From the NCBI GenBank assembly GCA_964016885.1, contig OZ024745.1:24738001-24802000 (forward strand): a stretch of 64,000 bases of DNA. The letters are read 5' to 3'. Below, in pieces: positions 54,401 through 64,000 of the stretch (its first letter is position 1; every line of letters starts with the position of its first letter). The position numbers and the translations under genes were made by a program. Below the pieces are notes generated by a model. It was not told where the DNA came from. It saw only the letters and a program-made list of their open reading frames with translations, and made no database searches. The DNA comes from Eledone cirrhosa. Taxonomy: Eukaryota.

Positions 54401-55062
54401 ATGGCAAATTTTGGTGGTAACTTTAGGATTTGTTGTTCTTGTTCACTGATTAAAGTGTTCCCATAGATATTTACTGTGTGGTCATTGGTAAATTCTTCCG
54501 GTAGTTTTACATCACTCATACGGATGTTGTCGATGTTATCTGGGTATTTTTGAGAATATTCGATTTTCCTTTCTTGTAGTTTTTTCTTATTCATCCATTC
54601 TAATTTCTTCTTGAAATGCCTACAGCATTCGTTTTGAGCATATTTCGTTTCGCGTCGGATGACGCTCATGAAGTCATCTCTCTCGTTTGCTGTGATGAGA
54701 TTTCGGATTTCCTTACCGTTGATGCGTTTTTGTCTGTAGAGTGCGTTGACTTTTGTGTATGTTGTTCTTTTCATATTAACTGTTATTGTGTGTTTTAGCC
54801 GTTCAGCTTGTGTTTTGTTCAATAATAAATTATTTACTTGTTTTGATATGTTTGTTGTGTATGTTTTGGAGGAAACACAGTGTTTTAAGAAGCGGATTTG
54901 TTCTGTTGTTATTGTAGTTTTTATATAACAGAAAACAGTGTCTTTCAATAACCTTTCAGCTTGGCACAAGCTAATGCCATAGCGGCGATGAATTAGTTTT
55001 GCGAGGTTTTTTATATGAAATCGTGTGTCGAAACAGATATTGTTATATTTGGGGAGGGTCAT
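51427..55062 (-). CDS. Intact PLE polyprotein: N-terminal domain, Asn-rich insert, reverse transcriptase, Cys linker, GIY-YIG endonuclease (1211 aa)
   Basis: PTDKSG, LYGLRKDHK, RPVC, SMDVVSLYPSI, QNEGAAIG, RYVDDI, LPVLD, CTNRKCIIC, VVYSIRC...YIGETAR...RIDQH, RQIREA, LNRKNE. Confidence 0.95.
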   Translation of the reverse strand: MTLPKYNNICFDTRFHIKNLAKLIHRRYGISLCQAERLLKDTVFCYIKTTITTEQIRFLKHCVSSKTYTTNISKQVNNLLLNKTQAERLKHTITVNMKRTTYTKVNALYRQKRINGKEIRNLITANERDDFMSVIRRETKYAQNECCRHFKKKLEWMNKKKLQERKIEYSQKYPDNIDNIRMSDVKLPEEFTNDHTVNIYGNTLISEQEQQILKLPPKFAIYKKINPMECKTELEKCFTKIRWNAKVNNNNNNNGSSNINNNSGYRNNSHNHNNGRKVRNSDNGNNTSDRQNNNNHNDNNNNRNVNHRHSNSDHSSNNGNNTNNNNNNNHSGNNGNSTCSNINKNKKHNNSNNHNGRNSSNNNNNNGEVNNNTSSNHNNNNINAKDRNNNNHHDNNNSNTHNYDDRNNDNPLEKLFFNPADKTYKMGNIYPTRLPFNKRVCIPQQIDDETEAQFTIARNKIRQVVDRYTMRQSRPEAQQLGIKPVEGLVSLKQRTRDGEVVCLPTDKSGRMSIDSMPNYIEAMQPHITNTSEVAQLTHDGREKILNAHMMMWTDILKPSRRTANNFQASNNGIPPLYGLRKDHKTVDDPTIGPPTRPVCGANIASNYRISYFLSMVIRPIIKMSPDVCESTEDLLSRISECNKNRSLSNCIIGSMDVVSLYPSINIDFAVKRCVEMIIESEVEFCDVDTDELGLLLRLTYDTDYLDSHDLRCFCPSRPIRGRPPTITSMAKKTPIGRWIGWTKAIRTPQNTDQVRKMVAHAIGASIKTTLKGHIFKFNEKIYTQNEGAAIGVSIAGDVANLFMVWWERRLKDLLNESSIDLIMYSRYVDDINIVIRTPPLESTNKFDLERSTMESIQQIANSIHQSITVTIDFPSKHPNNRLPVLDTELWINTIDERAQILHSHYAKPMASKYLILKNSAMSSSAKFNILIADLVRVMKNVSSMCDPTEMEGHIQHFINRMQFSGYNQRDRVRVYEGAMEKYKTLIELDMKGICPLYRSKSWNSLDRARHKIGKATSWYDNQRYQSVMFVDATPGGKLANQCRKALRKTHLKIKVVEKPGTTIKSLISKTYPFKKTHCTNRKCIICKVNPRINCKTRNVVYSIRCTEGTCRNTTTTYIGETARSIGERIDQHWGELKGRKNGSVLYEHARQHHDGNIDNIEIRIISKHRNDPADRQIREASEIEIRRPKLNRKNEWNNNNTQTNNTDLREV

Positions 55063-55562
55063 ATTTGCGTAATATTGCCAGAATTAATAACAGAACACAC
55101 TCACTGTTTGGTTGGTTTTCGCTTCTCGCTGTCTTTTATATATATATATCTGCGATCTAACTTACTCGGTCCTCAATGTTGCCATTGACTGACCGGCGGT
55201 CAAAAATAATACAGATACAATATAGACAAACACATATATATATAGTTTACATAAATCTTTCGTTGCACATCTGCAACATCGTCAGTGGTGTTATATTCAT
55301 TGTTCCTCCTGTTGTGTTGTATGTCTACGCCATTTTTTTTTGTTCAGTCTGTCTATATATTTATTTATTTATTTATTTGCTTGTTTGTTTATCTTATTTT
55401 ATTTTGTCTTCTTTGCGCATGCGTTTGCGTGTGTGTATAGTGTTATGTGTGATGTGTGACTAGTGTGTATAGTGTTGTGTCTGCTGGGTGACTAGTGTGT
55501 GTTTATGTGCTTGTGTATGTATTTATTTATCTTATTTTATTTAATTTAATTTACTTATTTAT

Positions 55563-56908
55563 TTATACTTCTCTTAGGTCAGTGTTGTTTGTTTGGGTGT
55601 TGTTGTTGTTCCACTCATTCTTTCTGTTTAGCTTTGGTCTTCTAATTTCTATTTCACTGGCCTCTCTGATTTGCCTATCTGCTGGGTCATTCCTATGTTT
55701 AGATATTATTCTAATTTCTATGTTGTCTATGTTACCGTCATGATGTTGTCTAGCATGTTCGTATAGTACTGACCCGTTTTTTCGTCCTTTTAGTTCCCCC
55801 CAGTGTTGGTCTATCCTTTCACCTATGCTACGAGCTGTCTCACCTATGTATGTTGTTGTCGTGTTTCTGCAAGTACCCTCTGTACATCTTATGCTATAGA
55901 CTACGTTTCTAGTTTTACAGTTTATCCGGGGGTTCACCTTACATATGATACATTTCCTATTGGTACAGTGGGTTTTCTTAAAAGGGTAGGTTTTGCTGAT
56001 CAGGGATTTTATGGTGGTTCCTGGCTTTTCTACCACCTTTATTTTTAAGTGGGTCTTTCTCAGGGCCTTTCTACACTGGTTAGCTAATTTCCCTCCAGGG
56101 GTGGCGTCCACAAACATGACACTCTGATATCTCTGGTTGTCGTACCATGATGTGGCCTTCCCTATCTTATGTCTAGCCCTATCTAAGCTATTCCATGATT
56201 TGCTCCTGTATAGTGGGCAAATTCCTTTCATGTCCAGTTCTATGAGGGTCTTATACTTTTCCATGGCTCCTTCGTATACTCTGACTCTGTCTCTTTGGTT
56301 GTAGCCAGAGAACTGCATGCGGTTGATGAAGTGTTGGATGTGTCCTTCCATTTCTGTTGGGTCGCACATGCTGGACACATTCTTCATCACTCGTACCAAA
56401 TCTGCGATCAGAATATTAAACTTAGCACTACTGGACATTGCTGAGTTTTTGAGTATCAGGTATTTGGAGGCCATGGGTTTAGCATAGTGTGAGTGGAGAA
56501 TTTGGGCTCTCTCGTCTATAGTGTTAATCCAGAGTTCTGTGTCTAATACAGGTAGTCTATTGTTAGGGTGTTTGGAAGGGAAGTCTATAGTTACAGTTAT
56601 ACTCTGGTGTATGGAATTAGCTATCTGCTGGATGCTTTCCATCGTGCTACGTTATAAATCAAACTTGTTAGTGCTCTCTAGTGGGGGTGTTCTTATAACT
56701 ATATTGATATCGTCTACATAACGAGAGTACATGATGAGGTCTATGGAGCTTTCATTAAGGAGATCTTTAAGTCTCCTTTCCCACCATACCATGAAAAGGT
56801 TGGCAACATCGCCAGCTATGCTGACGCCGATGGCTGCTCCCTCATTTTGGGTGTAGATTTTCTCATTGAACTTAAATATGTGGCCCTTTAGGGTAGTTTT
56901 GATACTAG
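55563..56908 (-). pseudogene. Truncated tandem copy of the PLE ORF C-terminal part
   Basis: 359-aa ORF identical to C-terminus of 51427-55062; upstream stop and truncation. Confidence 0.92.
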
Positions 56909-56915
56909 TTTTGAT

Positions 56916-61234
<4,319 letters not shown>

Positions 61235-61398
61235 TTATATATACATATATATATATACATATATATATATAAACATATATATATATATATATATATATAT
61301 CCAGGGGGTGTAAGTTAGAGTTACTGCAGGTTAACCCGGGAGAGCACTCGATGTTTAGGTTCACTTCTGTGATGAGGTGTAGAGCTATACAGAGTGTA

Positions 61399-61629
61399 AT
61401 ATATTGAAAGGATAACAAGGGCGATTGATTACTCCTTCATTGCATTTATTGGTAGGTGACGCGCGTTTCGCCACTGATCAGCTCAAGGTTCGATCTGTAT
61501 CGATCGTACCCGCCGATTATTGAGTCGGGTAGGATCGATACAGATCGAACCTTGAGTTGATCAGTGGCGAAACGCGCGTCACCTACCAATAAATGCAATG
61601 AAGGAGTAATCAATGGTCCTTGTTATCCT

Positions 61630-61637
<8 letters not shown>
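61399..61637. mobile_element. Fold-back pLTR-like insertion (IR 61399-61512 / 61526-61637)
   Basis: ~112-bp arms, 13-nt spacer; arms contain gtggc-GAAA-cgcgcg-TC-acctacc-aataaa (3' half of a minimal hammerhead); right end at (TA)n. Confidence 0.82.
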
Positions 61638-61692
<55 letters not shown>

Positions 61693-61741
61693 TATATATA
61701 TATATATATACATATATATACATATATACATATATATATAT

Positions 61742-61860
<119 letters not shown>

Positions 61861-62148
61861 AAACGAAAGGAGTTGTGTGGTTACTGTTAACAAAGTTTAA
61901 GATGGTGGTATGAACGAAACTACTTTTCCTCTTTTTTTCTTTTTCTTTTTCTTTTTCTTTTTCTTTTTCTTTTTCTTTTCTTTCCCTCCTGGCCTTTTGA
62001 TCGATAAAAGGCCTTGGGCGCGCCGCTGATCGCTTTTAGATGTCCTGTATTAAGCGCCGAAACATCTTGATCTCGGTTTACAGCTGATGAAGGATTTCTT
62101 TTCTTCTCTTGTTTGGTCCATACTACCATCTTATATATATATATATAT

Positions 62149-63089
<941 letters not shown>

Positions 63090-63257
63090 TGTTTTCATTT
63101 GACTACATTATCGGTTATCACCCTTTAACATTTCCCTTATCAGTTGTCGACTGCTCACCCAGCCTACATCCTCCCGCCAACACAAACACACACATTACAT
63201 TCCGACATAAACACTGCCGCATCCCATCACATTACACACACACACACACACATACAA

Positions 63258-63360
<103 letters not shown>

Positions 63361-63453
63361 GCAACATACACATATTCACCATTTACTGCTGGATATGTGT
63401 GTGAGAGAGAGGGATGGAGAGAGAGATGGAGAGTGTGTGTGTATACCAGTTTC

Positions 63454-63487
<34 letters not shown>

Positions 63488-63579
63488 TGTGTGTGTATAG
63501 CCCAATGCACACATAACTGCAGTGTTTCAAGTTAAATATACACTCACCCTCTGGTCTTTGTAAAACCAGTTATATATAC

Positions 63580-63624
<45 letters not shown>

Positions 63625-63632
63625 TATGTATG

Positions 63633-63671
<39 letters not shown>

Positions 63672-64000
63672 ATAGATATATATATGCATACATGCATATA
63701 TATATGTATAAATATATATATATATATATATATACATACCCACACACACACATACATATATATATGTATATATTTATATATGTGTGTGTGCGTGTGTGTG
63801 TATATATAAACATATATACATATGTAGCATATGTATATATGTGTGCATGCTTGTATGTGTGTGTCTGTAATCCATTGCACAAGACTATAAGAAAATCTCA
63901 GCACAGAGGATAATGAAATAAAGTAAAATAAATACAAACCATGGAATTTCTCTCATAATCTATCATCTGAAGATCGTGATGGTTTCGTCTCTTAAATAAC

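Larger units (their letters stand above)
50905..56908 (-). mobile_element. Penelope-like element, one full unit plus 5'-truncated tandem upstream unit (pLTR arrangement)
   Basis: ~4136-bp period (50905 vs 55040); upstream unit truncated inside RT at 56908 and carrying a GAA>TAA stop at ~56653. Confidence 0.95.

Noticed and set aside
51427-55062. Naiad/Chlamys-type (N-terminal GIY-YIG, selenocysteine) PLE
   Set aside because: Endonuclease is C-terminal and the ORF has no in-frame UGA
61360-61397. Degenerate hammerhead (cacttctgt-gatga...ta-tacagagtg)
   Set aside because: GAAA and stem II are missing; could be a chance hairpin

Overview
Eukaryotic, microsatellite-saturated, repeat-dominated DNA with no host gene I can support. 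The SINE/LINE repertoire and repeat density resemble a coleoid cephalopod such as octopus, which is an inference. Most ORFs in the track are microsatellite translations. Real coding content is retrotransposon-derived: (i) a young Penelope-like element (PLE; RT + C-terminal GIY-YIG, 1211 aa, with a long Asn-rich insert) forming a ~10 kb head-to-head structure (about 1.45 tandem units on -, exactly one circularly permuted unit on +) inside a (TA)n tract; (ii) a truncated second PLE family; (iii) two decayed L1/Tx1-type elements; (iv) decayed R4/Dong-type RLE elements and a bipartite RTE-derived non-autonomous element clustered in (CATA)n tracts. Also present are tRNA-derived SINEs, Helitron-like non-autonomous elements, Tc1/mariner ends and four minisatellite arrays. 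The strongest pattern beyond simple annotation is a series of unrelated short fold-back (5'-to-5' joined) insertions whose 3' ends run into (TA)n and which carry type I hammerhead ribozyme motifs. One is a ~423-bp non-coding tandem unit that looks like a retrozyme/mini-PLE. These small elements share the architecture of the 10 kb PLE, suggesting a (TA)n-targeted, two-ended priming mechanism acting on ribozyme-processed, possibly circular, RNAs.
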